A stretch of 64,000 nucleotides of DNA from a virus. The notes beneath the pieces were generated by a model, which was not told the DNA's origin, made no database searches, and saw nothing but the letters and a program-made list of their open reading frames with translations. The translations under genes and the position numbers were made by a program. This document shows, in pieces, positions 20,493-29,577 of the stretch (within the stretch, counting starts at the first letter, position 1; the number at the start of each line of letters is the position of its first letter). Where the stretch lies: the IMG/VR virus record IMGVR_UViG_3300032046_000014, positions 20,304 through 84,303 of that record, one strand, 5' to 3'.

Positions 20493-20770
20493 TCAGTTTC
20501 CTCTTCTTCTTCTCTTTTCTTGCGGTAATGCTTTTTAAATGCAATCTGTATTCTGTCTCCACAGACGATGCCATAAAGTTCCCAGAGATCTTTGGGCAAG
20601 AACAAACACATGCCTGTGCCTCGAGCAGAAACTGGCAATGTAACAACTTCATCAAGCTTCGCAAGAAGATCCCATTCACTTGTACTGAATCTTCGTTCGA
20701 ATGGTGGGGCTTTCTTCCTTTTTCTAAATCCTCCCCGAAGTTCCCCTCGAACTTCCATGTCTTTTGCCAT
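20489..20770 (-). CDS. AbrB/MazE-like DNA-binding protein
   Basis: GTGMCLFLPKDLWELYGIVCGDRI. Confidence 0.7.
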   Translation of the reverse strand: MAKDMEVRGELRGGFRKRKKAPPFERRFSTSEWDLLAKLDEVVTLPVSARGTGMCLFLPKDLWELYGIVCGDRIQIAFKKHYRKKREEEEETE

Positions 20771-20981
20771 TACATTTCACAACCATAATCCCGATTAATA
20801 ATCATATCTTCAACAACTGATGATGCTATTAATTAGACTAGAATATACACTGAACGAAGTTTCACATCGCACATCTACACTAACCATTGAAAAGACTCCA
20901 TTCATGTCGTCCTCAGCATGTTCTCTGTCTGACAATACATAAAAATCTTACGTAGTATTGAACAATGCTACACTAATCGGG

Positions 20982-21290
20982 TCAAACTGGTCTGCCCCTT
21001 AACCATTTTTGATTAGTGCTCAAAGTAACAGCGTACCCAGCCAAGATAACAGTACCCTCACGCAGACAAGCTGACTTCAAATCCAAATCGTCTGAAGAAC
21101 TTTTCCATACGGAGCCATCATCGTTTCTATGCCAATGTTTCGTCCGTCCTTCACATACCTGCAGGTGTAGCTGATAATCGTAACTGCTCATCAAAAAACA
21201 GGGACAGTAATGGCATTTTCTGCCCCATCCAAGATAGAATATTGTGCCTTCAGGCGCATCATCATGATGAATGACAGATGAAAAACTCAA
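20982..21290 (-). CDS. Zinc-finger hypothetical protein
   Basis: CHYC...H...C. Confidence 0.5.
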   Translation of the reverse strand: MSFSSVIHHDDAPEGTIFYLGWGRKCHYCPCFLMSSYDYQLHLQVCEGRTKHWHRNDDGSVWKSSSDDLDLKSACLREGTVILAGYAVTLSTNQKWLRGRPV

Positions 21291-21544
21291 GCGGGTATCG
21301 CCGTAGCCTTTTTTGCTGCGAAGTCAGCTTTTTCTTGTGCTAGTTGGGCCATTGTTTGGTATGCTTTTGCTTGTCCCGAGTAGTAGCCTGCGCTTACGAA
21401 GCCCATGCCAGAGAGAAGCATTAGAAAAATCGTGTAGATATCACTCCATGGAGCAACGTGAGCAAGAGCCAGCTCAACACATGCGGCGATAATCGCTATT
21501 GCTGTGACGGCCATAAGTATTCTATCGATTGGAATATCTGCCAA
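21287..21544 (-). CDS. Two-TM membrane protein (holin-like)
   Basis: Two TM helices and a charged tail; downstream of the protease. Confidence 0.5.
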   Translation of the reverse strand: MADIPIDRILMAVTAIAIIAACVELALAHVAPWSDIYTIFLMLLSGMGFVSAGYYSGQAKAYQTMAQLAQEKADFAAKKATAIPA

Positions 21545-21576
21545 AACATTTTCACCTCCTCCAATACAGCAAACTG

Positions 21577-22584
21577 TTACCAGATGATTTCAAGGTTTGC
21601 GTCTGTTTCTATGAAGTCGTAGTGGCAGAAGATCGTGTGGGTGTCGCTGCCTGCGAATAGGAGCCCCGCGAATTTCTTGTCCGTTTGGGTGATGATGGCG
21701 CTGCTGCTGTCGCCGCCTGCGCTGAATCCTGTTTTCTGGATGAGGCCACAGGGGCCGAATATGGCTGCTCCGCTTGAATAGCCAACTTCACCGTACCAAG
21801 CGTCGTCGATGAGCAGGCCGTCAGTTGTAAAACAAGTTGTGCGACCGGACTTCATTACCATCTCGCCAACTTTGCCCCGGCGTTTGCCCGTGATTGCACC
21901 TATGCCAATGATCTCGAGAAGGATATCCGATGGATCGACTGAGACGACACCGACGTCCACGCGGTTAAGCGGCTTCTTCGTGCCGAACAAGCATCTGCGT
22001 GCAAACTTTATAGGCACAAATCTTTTAAGAATGCCCAGAAAACTTGGCAAGCCATCGTATGGTGAAGGTTGCATGTAAGAGGCTCCGAAGGGCAATCGGT
22101 TTTCATTGGCAGTACAGTGATTGTTAGCTATGATTACAAGTTTGCCGTCTACTTTGTCTTTGGCAAACCAGCCGAGCGTACATGCAGTGCCTCCATTATA
22201 GATTGCTGAGCAGCCGGCGGATGCTGGCCGTTGCTTGGCCTTCTTAGCCGCTTCCAGTGCCATCTTACCAGGGTCTCCCTCTTCTTTCTTAATTCGACCT
22301 TGTGAATCAAGCTTAACAGGTTTTGGCCATGGTGGTGCTGTTGGGCGATGCATCTCCACAACATCAGTCTCCACACTTTCTTGGTCATTCAGTTTGAGGG
22401 ATAGCGGAATCAGCTGCTTTGGTTTCAGTTTCTGAGTGTCTATCTTTTGAATTACATAGACTCTGAAGACTCGTGTTCCTGGAACTTCTTTTCCGTCCTG
22501 TATTCTCGGTCGCAGTTCACCGCTGTAGCCGATGACGTTGGGTAGATGCTGAACTTGTTTCCAGAGTTTCGTCATATCGGTCAT
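21577..22584 (-). CDS. Trypsin-like serine protease with N-terminal prodomain
   Basis: CTLG, NNHC, DVG, KSGRTT, GGDSSS, GLLFAG. Confidence 0.85.
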   Translation of the reverse strand: MTDMTKLWKQVQHLPNVIGYSGELRPRIQDGKEVPGTRVFRVYVIQKIDTQKLKPKQLIPLSLKLNDQESVETDVVEMHRPTAPPWPKPVKLDSQGRIKKEEGDPGKMALEAAKKAKQRPASAGCSAIYNGGTACTLGWFAKDKVDGKLVIIANNHCTANENRLPFGASYMQPSPYDGLPSFLGILKRFVPIKFARRCLFGTKKPLNRVDVGVVSVDPSDILLEIIGIGAITGKRRGKVGEMVMKSGRTTCFTTDGLLIDDAWYGEVGYSSGAAIFGPCGLIQKTGFSAGGDSSSAIITQTDKKFAGLLFAGSDTHTIFCHYDFIETDANLEIIW

Positions 22585-22629
22585 GTTTTGATTCTTCCTT
22601 TCAGCCTAAAAGTTTTCTCATTTAGCACT

Positions 22630-22833
22630 TTATTCATTGACTTCCCTAGCGAGAATTCTTGGAGTTTCAGGCAGAAAATGGTACGTGAAATCATTGCCAT
22701 CAATCGTTAGTCTCCAGCGAGTTCGCCGTTTGATCTCTCTTTCCTTGGCCGGTTTCTTCGGGACCAGAATGTAGAGACTGGCGTTGATTTCTTTTGTGTC
22801 GCCTACTGCCACTGTTTTTCCATTATTACTCAT
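22630..22833 (-). CDS. AbrB-like DNA-binding protein
   Basis: SLYILVPKKPAKEREI. Confidence 0.55.
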   Translation of the reverse strand: MSNNGKTVAVGDTKEINASLYILVPKKPAKEREIKRRTRWRLTIDGNDFTYHFLPETPRILAREVNE

Positions 22834-22915
22834 GAGCTTTCACCGAAATCTCAATACAAAACACGTATATATCTTTTGGCAGAACGCGCGCGGCACGCTA
22901 AAAATAAAGAGAAAA

Positions 22916-23872
22916 TTAGCCGCCTGTCCGACTTTTCAGGGCTGCCCAAGCGCGACTGTTGCTACTGGGAGTCTTGTTCTTTGCTTGAACTCTGACTTTT
23001 TCAAATTCTCCGGTGAATGATGCTATGGTGCCCATGTTGTCAGGGTCGCTGACTGTGATATCAACGTCGACCTGGTTCGGTATCCCTACCCATACGTTCG
23101 GACGGTCTCTGGTGGCTGCTTGGATTCTGTAGGTTATGTCGTTAGGGGCTCCTGCAGCAATTGCTATGCTGTGACTGAAATAGCCAATCACATCCTGCTC
23201 CATGATCGTCGCGTAATTGTCAGTTGTTGGACGTGATGCTGGGCTACATGACTTCTGGATGACGAAGTTGTTGATGCGCTCCACCGTGTACGTCGGTGCT
23301 GTGATCCAAAAGCTACATGAAAGATTCGCATTTTGGGTGATGCCAAATTTGCAGCTGAGATTTGCAAATCGGGCAACTCCGAATTTAATGCTTAAATTCT
23401 TAGAGCTGCTCTTCCGAACAGTGATGCTTGAGCTCAGTGCTTTGGTTGCCGATTTTCGAATGGTGAGGCTTGAAGATAGGGCCTTAGTGCCTGCTCCTCG
23501 AACAGTAATATTCGAATGCAACGGTGTACTGGCTGACCTTTGGATCGTAAAACTGGATGAAAGGATTTTTGAGCTCCTCTTCTGAATGGTGATGCTGGAA
23601 GAAAGGGACTTGATCCCTTGGCTTGTGAAGCTACATGAAAGATCTGCTGAATCAGCATTTCTGATGGTGATACTATTGCTGAGAGCTTTCATGGATGTTT
23701 TCCGAAGTGTGATGCTTGAAGAAAGAGATATGACTGCTTGGCTTGTGAAGCTGCTTGAAACATTTGCTGAACCAATATTCCGAACGGTAATGCTGCTGCT
23801 CAGGTTTTTCAGAGAAGCTTTCCGTATTGTGAAACTGATGGATTCTCCGTCTACAGAGTCATATTCTACCAT
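22916..23872 (-). CDS. Ser-rich repeat virion protein (fibre-like)
   Basis: About 13 repeats of LSSS(I/F)T(I/V)R spaced 12-14 aa. Confidence 0.65.
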   Translation of the reverse strand: MVEYDSVDGESISFTIRKASLKNLSSSITVRNIGSANVSSSFTSQAVISLSSSITLRKTSMKALSNSITIRNADSADLSCSFTSQGIKSLSSSITIQKRSSKILSSSFTIQRSASTPLHSNITVRGAGTKALSSSLTIRKSATKALSSSITVRKSSSKNLSIKFGVARFANLSCKFGITQNANLSCSFWITAPTYTVERINNFVIQKSCSPASRPTTDNYATIMEQDVIGYFSHSIAIAAGAPNDITYRIQAATRDRPNVWVGIPNQVDVDITVSDPDNMGTIASFTGEFEKVRVQAKNKTPSSNSRAWAALKSRTGG

Positions 23873-23953
23873 TTGTTCAGCCTCGATTTTTCCATAGCTC
23901 GGAATGTCTGCCCGAAAAAAACTTGGGAAAGGTAGTGACCTCTAATTGGAACA

Positions 23954-24208
23954 CTAATCCTTTGGCTTTTCAGGCCAAACAGGTCTATCATTCACTACCT
24001 TAAAGGGTACATCGCTTTGTGGTTGGACTGGAGAATTGCCGTAACACAGCACGACTGCGCCGGGCGGTAGCATCGGATTTTTGGCTGGTTCGATTCCTGG
24101 TTCGCCGAAAGCTTTCCGTTCGCCTTTGGGCAATGGTTTCATGCCGATTGTTTTGGTCGGATTTCCGAAGAACAGTCTCTTCATGTTTGATTCTGCCATG
24201 TTATTCAC
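23954..24208 (-). CDS. Pro-rich hypothetical protein
   Basis: Coupled to head decoration genes. Confidence 0.5.
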   Translation of the reverse strand: MNNMAESNMKRLFFGNPTKTIGMKPLPKGERKAFGEPGIEPAKNPMLPPGAVVLCYGNSPVQPQSDVPFKVVNDRPVWPEKPKD

Positions 24209-24539
24209 CGACCACTACGAATGGGATTTCAAGCGCGCTGACATCAACTTTGTCTGAAACTTGAGAGTTAACGTCCGAGTACATCTTCAGCTTTTTGTTT
24301 GCATGATCATACAGATTGTAGTAGGTTCCTGTGTTGTCTAGTTGGCAGATGAGTCGATAGTTTTCCAGCGGAAAATATTTTGTGAGTGCTGCTAGGTTGC
24401 AGAGGATACCGCCTGTCTTGTAGTATTTCGGTTTGAATATTCCTCGGATGAGCGTTTGTGATCGTCCGGTGGTTCGCTCTGTGATTTCACATTCGAACGC
24501 TGCATCGTCTAGGGTGGTGACTGGTATGCCGCCTGCCAC
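24201..24539 (-). CDS. Putative head decoration protein 2
   Basis: Paralog of 24587..24934 (YDH.NKKLK.Y, VGE end). Confidence 0.6.
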   Translation of the reverse strand: MAGGIPVTTLDDAAFECEITERTTGRSQTLIRGIFKPKYYKTGGILCNLAALTKYFPLENYRLICQLDNTGTYYNLYDHANKKLKMYSDVNSQVSDKVDVSALEIPFVVVGE

Positions 24540-24586
24540 TGAAAATGAGCTGCTTATGGCTTTTGATGCGTCAGTCGCCGTTTAAG

Positions 24587-24934
24587 TCACTCTCCGACAG
24601 CTATGAAGCCGAAGATTCCGTTCACAGACTGGTCGCCGGTTGCTTCCGCACCTAATCCAGTGTAGACTTTGAGTTTCTTGTTCGTGTGATCGTAGACGCC
24701 AAGTCGGTTGCCCGTGTTGGACAACGGGTTCAGGATAACGCGGTACTTGACGGTTTGGTCAAAGCCGGAGCGTGGAAAATAGTTGGCAAGATTGCAAAGA
24801 TCGCCGTTGCTTGCATATGAAGCTGAAGCTTTGATGGTGCCTCTGATGATCCTTTGGCCTCTCTGTTGGGCTCTTCCACCGGATACTTCTGATACGAAAG
24901 CAGTTGTATCCAGTGTTACCATGCAAGTTCCCAT
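24587..24934 (-). CDS. Putative head decoration protein 1
   Basis: Directly after the capsid gene; paralogous pair. Confidence 0.6.
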   Translation of the reverse strand: MGTCMVTLDTTAFVSEVSGGRAQQRGQRIIRGTIKASASYASNGDLCNLANYFPRSGFDQTVKYRVILNPLSNTGNRLGVYDHTNKKLKVYTGLGAEATGDQSVNGIFGFIAVGE

Positions 24935-24943
24935 GCTAATCGA

Positions 24944-26158
24944 CTACTCCTTCAAGTCTCTTATTTTGCCTTGGACATTGAAACGAGTGCAGATTATGTC
25001 TCCCATGGTCCTGTACAGGCCCTTGTCTCCGATGAAGTTGATTGCGAATGGGTTGCCGGTGCTGATGCCTGCCTCGAAGTATTGTGTTGGTTTTGCGACT
25101 TTGAAGAGCAAGTAGTCTGTGTCTAGGAAGTAGAGTCTGCTGAGTCCAGCTGGCGTTGCGCTTGGTTGGTCTTGCAGGTTGTTCTTGGTCGGAAGTATGG
25201 GTACTCCGTTGTAGGTTGCAACGATGAATCCGGCTGCGATGCCTTCAATTCCTCTGACTCCGCCGTAGGTTGGGACAACAGTCTTGTATTCGACGAATCT
25301 CTGTTGCGCCTGGAGCAGTCTCTGGACTGCTTTGAGTGTGTCGTATCCGGTTTGGATTATCTTGGGGGTTCCGCCTGCCTTCCAGATCTGTCGGAATATA
25401 TCGTCCAAAAGGTCTAGTGTGAGGCTTCTCAGGCTGCCTTTGGTTGCGTGGTAGCTGATGATGGCGTCTGCCCAGCTGTAGTTTGTGGCGTCTGACCTGT
25501 CTATTGTGGTTCCGTTCACGTACACGTCGTTGCTGACTACGTCTGGTGTGGTGGAGCCATCGGCCATGAAGCAGGTTCCATCTGATTCAACTTTTGCTGA
25601 AACAAGTCTGTCAATTGTTTGGATGTCATTGCCTTCTTGGACTGCTGTAGAGGCAACTCCTTCAGCGTTGAGCATGATGTTGATGTGTTCTGCGTGGTGC
25701 AGGCCCATGTATTCTCTCATCTGGCGCATGACATCGCCGAGTGAGTCGTCGATTCCACCCAAGTATTGTATCATTTCAGCTACGTTGAACGTGTGGCCCA
25801 CGATTTTTGGTTTGCTGTAGAGCTGTTTCCATGTTGGCTTTGTCGTGTCTGGCAATGCAGATCCTTCAGCAAGCCCGCCTGGAGCTACTGTGTATGACCC
25901 AACGGGTGGCACTGGAGCTCTTGCGGTTAGGACACGGAAGCCACTGTGGTCCCATACTGCTTTGGGCAGAAAAGCAAAAGTGTTGGCTTCAAGGTTGAGT
26001 TGTGACCATACTTTAGCGCCGTAGATTGGATTATAGATTCCGCCTTGCGTGGTTAGGATTGGTGCGTCTGCCTTCATTACGTCGGCTACGCCGAGACCGT
26101 AGTAGTATCGTTCCATATCTTCGAGGGTTTTGATTTCAAATATGCTTCTTCCTGACAT
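24944..26158 (-). CDS. Major capsid protein (HK97 fold)
   Basis: YGAKVWSQLN, ATYNGVPI, YRTMGDIIC..FNVQGKIRDLK; follows protease/scaffold. Confidence 0.92.
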   Translation of the reverse strand: MSGRSIFEIKTLEDMERYYYGLGVADVMKADAPILTTQGGIYNPIYGAKVWSQLNLEANTFAFLPKAVWDHSGFRVLTARAPVPPVGSYTVAPGGLAEGSALPDTTKPTWKQLYSKPKIVGHTFNVAEMIQYLGGIDDSLGDVMRQMREYMGLHHAEHINIMLNAEGVASTAVQEGNDIQTIDRLVSAKVESDGTCFMADGSTTPDVVSNDVYVNGTTIDRSDATNYSWADAIISYHATKGSLRSLTLDLLDDIFRQIWKAGGTPKIIQTGYDTLKAVQRLLQAQQRFVEYKTVVPTYGGVRGIEGIAAGFIVATYNGVPILPTKNNLQDQPSATPAGLSRLYFLDTDYLLFKVAKPTQYFEAGISTGNPFAINFIGDKGLYRTMGDIICTRFNVQGKIRDLKE

Positions 26159-26160
26159 GC

Positions 26161-28167
26161 TTATGCACTCTCCCGTAAGCGCGCTGCGCGCTGTTGATCA
26201 CTCATGTCATGGACTTTAGTCCATGGCAGCTCATGCAATGTCTGCAAGGTCAATGGTTGGCCGGGTGCAGCTGCACCTGGAGTTCCGGGCGTTTCCGGTG
26301 CGTTGTCGCCTGTGAATGCAGACTTTCTAACTGTTGCGCTTTGGCTCTTCAGAATATCAGCGGTTTTCTTGGCGATGCCATCAACATCGACGGCAGTGGC
26401 GCTCTTCTGTAAGGTTGCTACTGCTTTCGTTAGTTCAGCAACGGCTTTTCCGATGTCTGCGATTCTTTGAGAATCGCTCTTTTTGCGATGTTCCTCAATG
26501 TATCGTTTCAAGCCTGGAGGCATTTTGCCTTTTGCTTCAAGTCCCTCGAGAGTGGAGATGACTTCTGGGTCGTTGAGCATTTTCTCGTCTTCAGGAGGAT
26601 ATGGTAATTTGGTTTTGTCCTTGCCAGCAGCATCCTTAGCATCCTCGTCTTCTTCGTCCTCTTCCTCTCCTGGTTTCGCAGCAGCCTTTGCGGCGCCTTC
26701 TTTCTCGCCTGGCGGTGGATATTTGCCTGCCTTACAGCCAGCATCTTTGACTGCACCTTCCTTCGCTGCACCCTCTTTCTCGGGTTTCTCTTCATCCTCT
26801 GGTTTTGCAGCTTCTTTCTCTGGCTTTTCCTCTTCACCTGGCTTTACTTCAGCTTTGACTGCTCCCTCTTTTCCTTCAGAGGGCAGCATTGCTTCGAGCT
26901 CCTTGATTTTGGAGCGCATGGTCGCTATGTTCGGTCCCGTTGCAGAAGTTCCTGTTACTCCGCCTGTGTTTGGTCCTGTTCCAGTTCCTACGATTCCTGG
27001 TGTTCCAATTGTTTTTTCTACTTTGTCGGACATTTTTGAGTCCTCAGTGGTTGATGTTCGACCTTCTATGTTTTTAAGTGTTATGTTTGACTGAGCGCTA
27101 GACGGTTCGCCTGACTGTGACGTTTCTGCCTTTATCATGTCAACCCTACCGAGACTATCGCAAGGCACGAGTGCAAGATCAAATAGGGGCCTATAAGCAT
27201 CATGAGGCCCTCCTTCGTCGCCGAAGATGAATTCAAGTTTGTCCCAGAGCTCATTAGGCAATGCTTTGAGGATTCGTGTCTCAATATGTCTCCGCATAGG
27301 ATTGTCAGTATCCATTTTTATGAGCAAGTCAAAGTCGTTGCCTTCTCCTTTCTCCACACTGCTTCCGACTTGGCACACGAATTCTTTGCGGATGATGAGG
27401 CTTTTGCCCATGAGGTTCGGCAGAAAAGACAGCTCCTTCACGAGTTTCTCGCTGTTCTTCAGTTCTGCGCTTTTCTGCAGGAACATTTCTTCCGTGATGA
27501 GCCCATGGTCCAAGTAACTTTTGAGAACCTGGAACCCGCTCTCCGTGTTCTTGCCACGCTTGCAAACCGTAATCTCGTAAAGTTCAAGATCATCAATCTT
27601 CCAGAACGCGCCCGAACGTGCCTGCGCTACAAGAGTTTTTCCGCCGAGAGCCCGTCCGCCAATGCTGAAAGCGTTAAGTTCGCCCTTGTTAGCCATTTCC
27701 CAGACTTTGTCAGCGATTTCTATATCATCGCGTAATTCAGCGACCACATAGAGGCCCTTATCGTCGACGTGGCTCCAGTATTTCTTGCCTTCTGAATCTT
27801 CAACGGTTTCTTTGAGAAGGATTTTGCCGATGGTAATGTTGCTGTGTTCCAGGTTGATGTTAGCGTATTTTTCGCCGGCTGCCTTCATTCTGTCCCATGC
27901 TTTCTGCAAGGCGGGGATGGTGACAAGTTCGTTTTGTTTGTCGATAACTTCGACACTGGCGTAACCGTGGATGATTCTGCGTTTGCCGTCTTTCAGAAGT
28001 AATCCTGCGGCTGGAATATCGAATCGTATGTAGGCGGGGACGGGGGAGTCAACAAGCTCTTTCAGCAGAAGTTCGGTGATGGGATGTTCAAGGACCTGGC
28101 GTGCCATTGGGTCTCCGGCTAATGCGCTTTTCTCAAGCTCAGCCAAAAGTGTTGCAGCATTTGGCAT
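26161..28167 (-). CDS. Prohead protease fused to a nucleotidyltransferase-like domain and a scaffold
   Basis: GYASVEVIDKQNE, H, FSIGG, EITVC; GSSVEKGEGNDFDLLI; E/K-rich C-terminus. Confidence 0.88.
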   Translation of the reverse strand: MPNAATLLAELEKSALAGDPMARQVLEHPITELLLKELVDSPVPAYIRFDIPAAGLLLKDGKRRIIHGYASVEVIDKQNELVTIPALQKAWDRMKAAGEKYANINLEHSNITIGKILLKETVEDSEGKKYWSHVDDKGLYVVAELRDDIEIADKVWEMANKGELNAFSIGGRALGGKTLVAQARSGAFWKIDDLELYEITVCKRGKNTESGFQVLKSYLDHGLITEEMFLQKSAELKNSEKLVKELSFLPNLMGKSLIIRKEFVCQVGSSVEKGEGNDFDLLIKMDTDNPMRRHIETRILKALPNELWDKLEFIFGDEGGPHDAYRPLFDLALVPCDSLGRVDMIKAETSQSGEPSSAQSNITLKNIEGRTSTTEDSKMSDKVEKTIGTPGIVGTGTGPNTGGVTGTSATGPNIATMRSKIKELEAMLPSEGKEGAVKAEVKPGEEEKPEKEAAKPEDEEKPEKEGAAKEGAVKDAGCKAGKYPPPGEKEGAAKAAAKPGEEEDEEDEDAKDAAGKDKTKLPYPPEDEKMLNDPEVISTLEGLEAKGKMPPGLKRYIEEHRKKSDSQRIADIGKAVAELTKAVATLQKSATAVDVDGIAKKTADILKSQSATVRKSAFTGDNAPETPGTPGAAAPGQPLTLQTLHELPWTKVHDMSDQQRAARLRESA

Positions 28168-28195
28168 AATACATACCTGTTCTAGCGTGCAGTTG

Positions 28196-28224
28196 ACTAT
28201 ATTTTTAACTGTTCTGTTGTAACG
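28196..28224 (-). promoter_or_regulatory. Late-promoter-like motif copy 2 (CGTTACAACAGAACAGTTAAAAATATAGT)
   Basis: 26/29 identical to 16597..16625; about 30 nt upstream of the protease ATG. Confidence 0.7.
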
Positions 28225-28267
28225 GCAACACTTTTTAGTCTCGCATTACCACTACAACAAGATAATC

Positions 28268-28678
28268 ATGAAAGATGTTATCGGCATATTAGTTTGCAAC
28301 AGCCAGAAAGTGCTTGACCATAAATTGAAGGATGGTAAAAAGAGCGAACATTGCTATTGTTTTTGGAACATGACTCGTTTTCCTCGACGAATTCTCCAGC
28401 GCGTATTTCCTGAATCTATAGGTGCAGTTTCTGAAGCAGCAAAAGCGCCTGGCTTCGGATGGTATGCTGAAGATGATATAGGGGTTCCAGAGGATTTTGA
28501 GGTTCACCTTTACTTCGCAGTGAAGGGGCAAGTGCTGGGCTATTTTGTTTGTAAGGCAATGGGAGAACGGCATAGAACGCAGGAATTAAGATTTCACAGT
28601 GAATCATGGACTCCGATAAAACCAGTAACTATCAAGCCGAGCCAGGGATTCCGATACTTCAAGCATGACTTAGACTAG
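28268..28678 (+). CDS. Hypothetical protein, possibly PUA/ASCH-like
   Basis: LYFAVKGQVLGYF...PSQGFRY. Confidence 0.5.
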   Translation: MKDVIGILVCNSQKVLDHKLKDGKKSEHCYCFWNMTRFPRRILQRVFPESIGAVSEAAKAPGFGWYAEDDIGVPEDFEVHLYFAVKGQVLGYFVCKAMGERHRTQELRFHSESWTPIKPVTIKPSQGFRYFKHDLD

Positions 28679-28707
28679 CGCGCATTTAATGGTTATAACA
28701 GCAAAGG

Positions 28708-29238
28708 GTGAAAAATACGGAACGTAAACTGAAATATCACTTGTTCCCTGAGCAAATCGTAAACTATGTTTGGCAAGGAAAGCAGTGTTCAGTACAAGGT
28801 ATTCATAAAGCCCTAGATATGGAATATGATAAAGAACACAAAACTTGGCTCAGATTTGAACAAAAACCTGACGACAGAGGATACTTCTGGTGGGAGGAAG
28901 CTGATCTTATTGCGATAGTTAAAGGGCAGAGATCATTCTCATGTGACATTTGCCGAAAAACATTTTCGCCAAAGAGAGTAGGCTTTCTTTCTTCCCAAAG
29001 GATAGTCGAACCTGCTTACTATGTTGGGTTACTCGATATGGAGGGTTGTACTCCTCCACCTTGGGGATACACTACTAAAATCTGCTTAGACTGCGCTTCG
29101 GAAATCTTCAAGGATGCCATAGTTTACAAGTGTGATCCAGATTCGGACTGGTGGTGCGGATGGCATTCAGAAGCACCGAAAATAGATAGACCAAAAATCA
29201 AGCTGATAGACGAATTATTCCCTTTTCTTTGCGGTTAA
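28708..29238 (+). CDS. Cys/Trp-rich hypothetical protein
   Basis: CDIC...CLDC. Confidence 0.55.
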   Translation: MKNTERKLKYHLFPEQIVNYVWQGKQCSVQGIHKALDMEYDKEHKTWLRFEQKPDDRGYFWWEEADLIAIVKGQRSFSCDICRKTFSPKRVGFLSSQRIVEPAYYVGLLDMEGCTPPPWGYTTKICLDCASEIFKDAIVYKCDPDSDWWCGWHSEAPKIDRPKIKLIDELFPFLCG

Positions 29239-29289
29239 CTTAGTTTGTGCGAAAAGGATGAAAAGAATAGCGCGCGTATGAGGTATATT

Positions 29290-29577
29290 TCAATTCCGCA
29301 GAGATAGGAGCTGCTGGCGCACCGCCTTATTCCATCTGAGCTGCATAACGGCTCTGATGCTGATTTTCTGCATCTTAGAATTGCCACAGATAGGACATTT
29401 GTTTCCCCGACCAGTTTTATGGAAAAGAAATGGTATGGCATGACCCTTTTTTGAACTGTCCTCACAAGTACAGCATTTATAGACTGACAGTTTGTCTTGC
29501 ATTCGCCGACCTAGAAACTCCGTGGTTTTCGGCGTTTCCCTCTCCATTCCTAAAAACTTCTTCAAACTCATCTTCAT
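29290..29577 (-). CDS. Zinc-ribbon protein
   Basis: CCTC...CPICG; coupled to the polyprotein stop. Confidence 0.55.
   Translation of the reverse strand: MKMSLKKFLGMERETPKTTEFLGRRMQDKLSVYKCCTCEDSSKKGHAIPFLFHKTGRGNKCPICGNSKMQKISIRAVMQLRWNKAVRQQLLSLRN

Noticed and set aside
10453-29278. Short (CG)n runs near several gene ends (about 10454, 16802, 22885, 29271)
   Set aside because: Too short and few to distinguish from chance without counting
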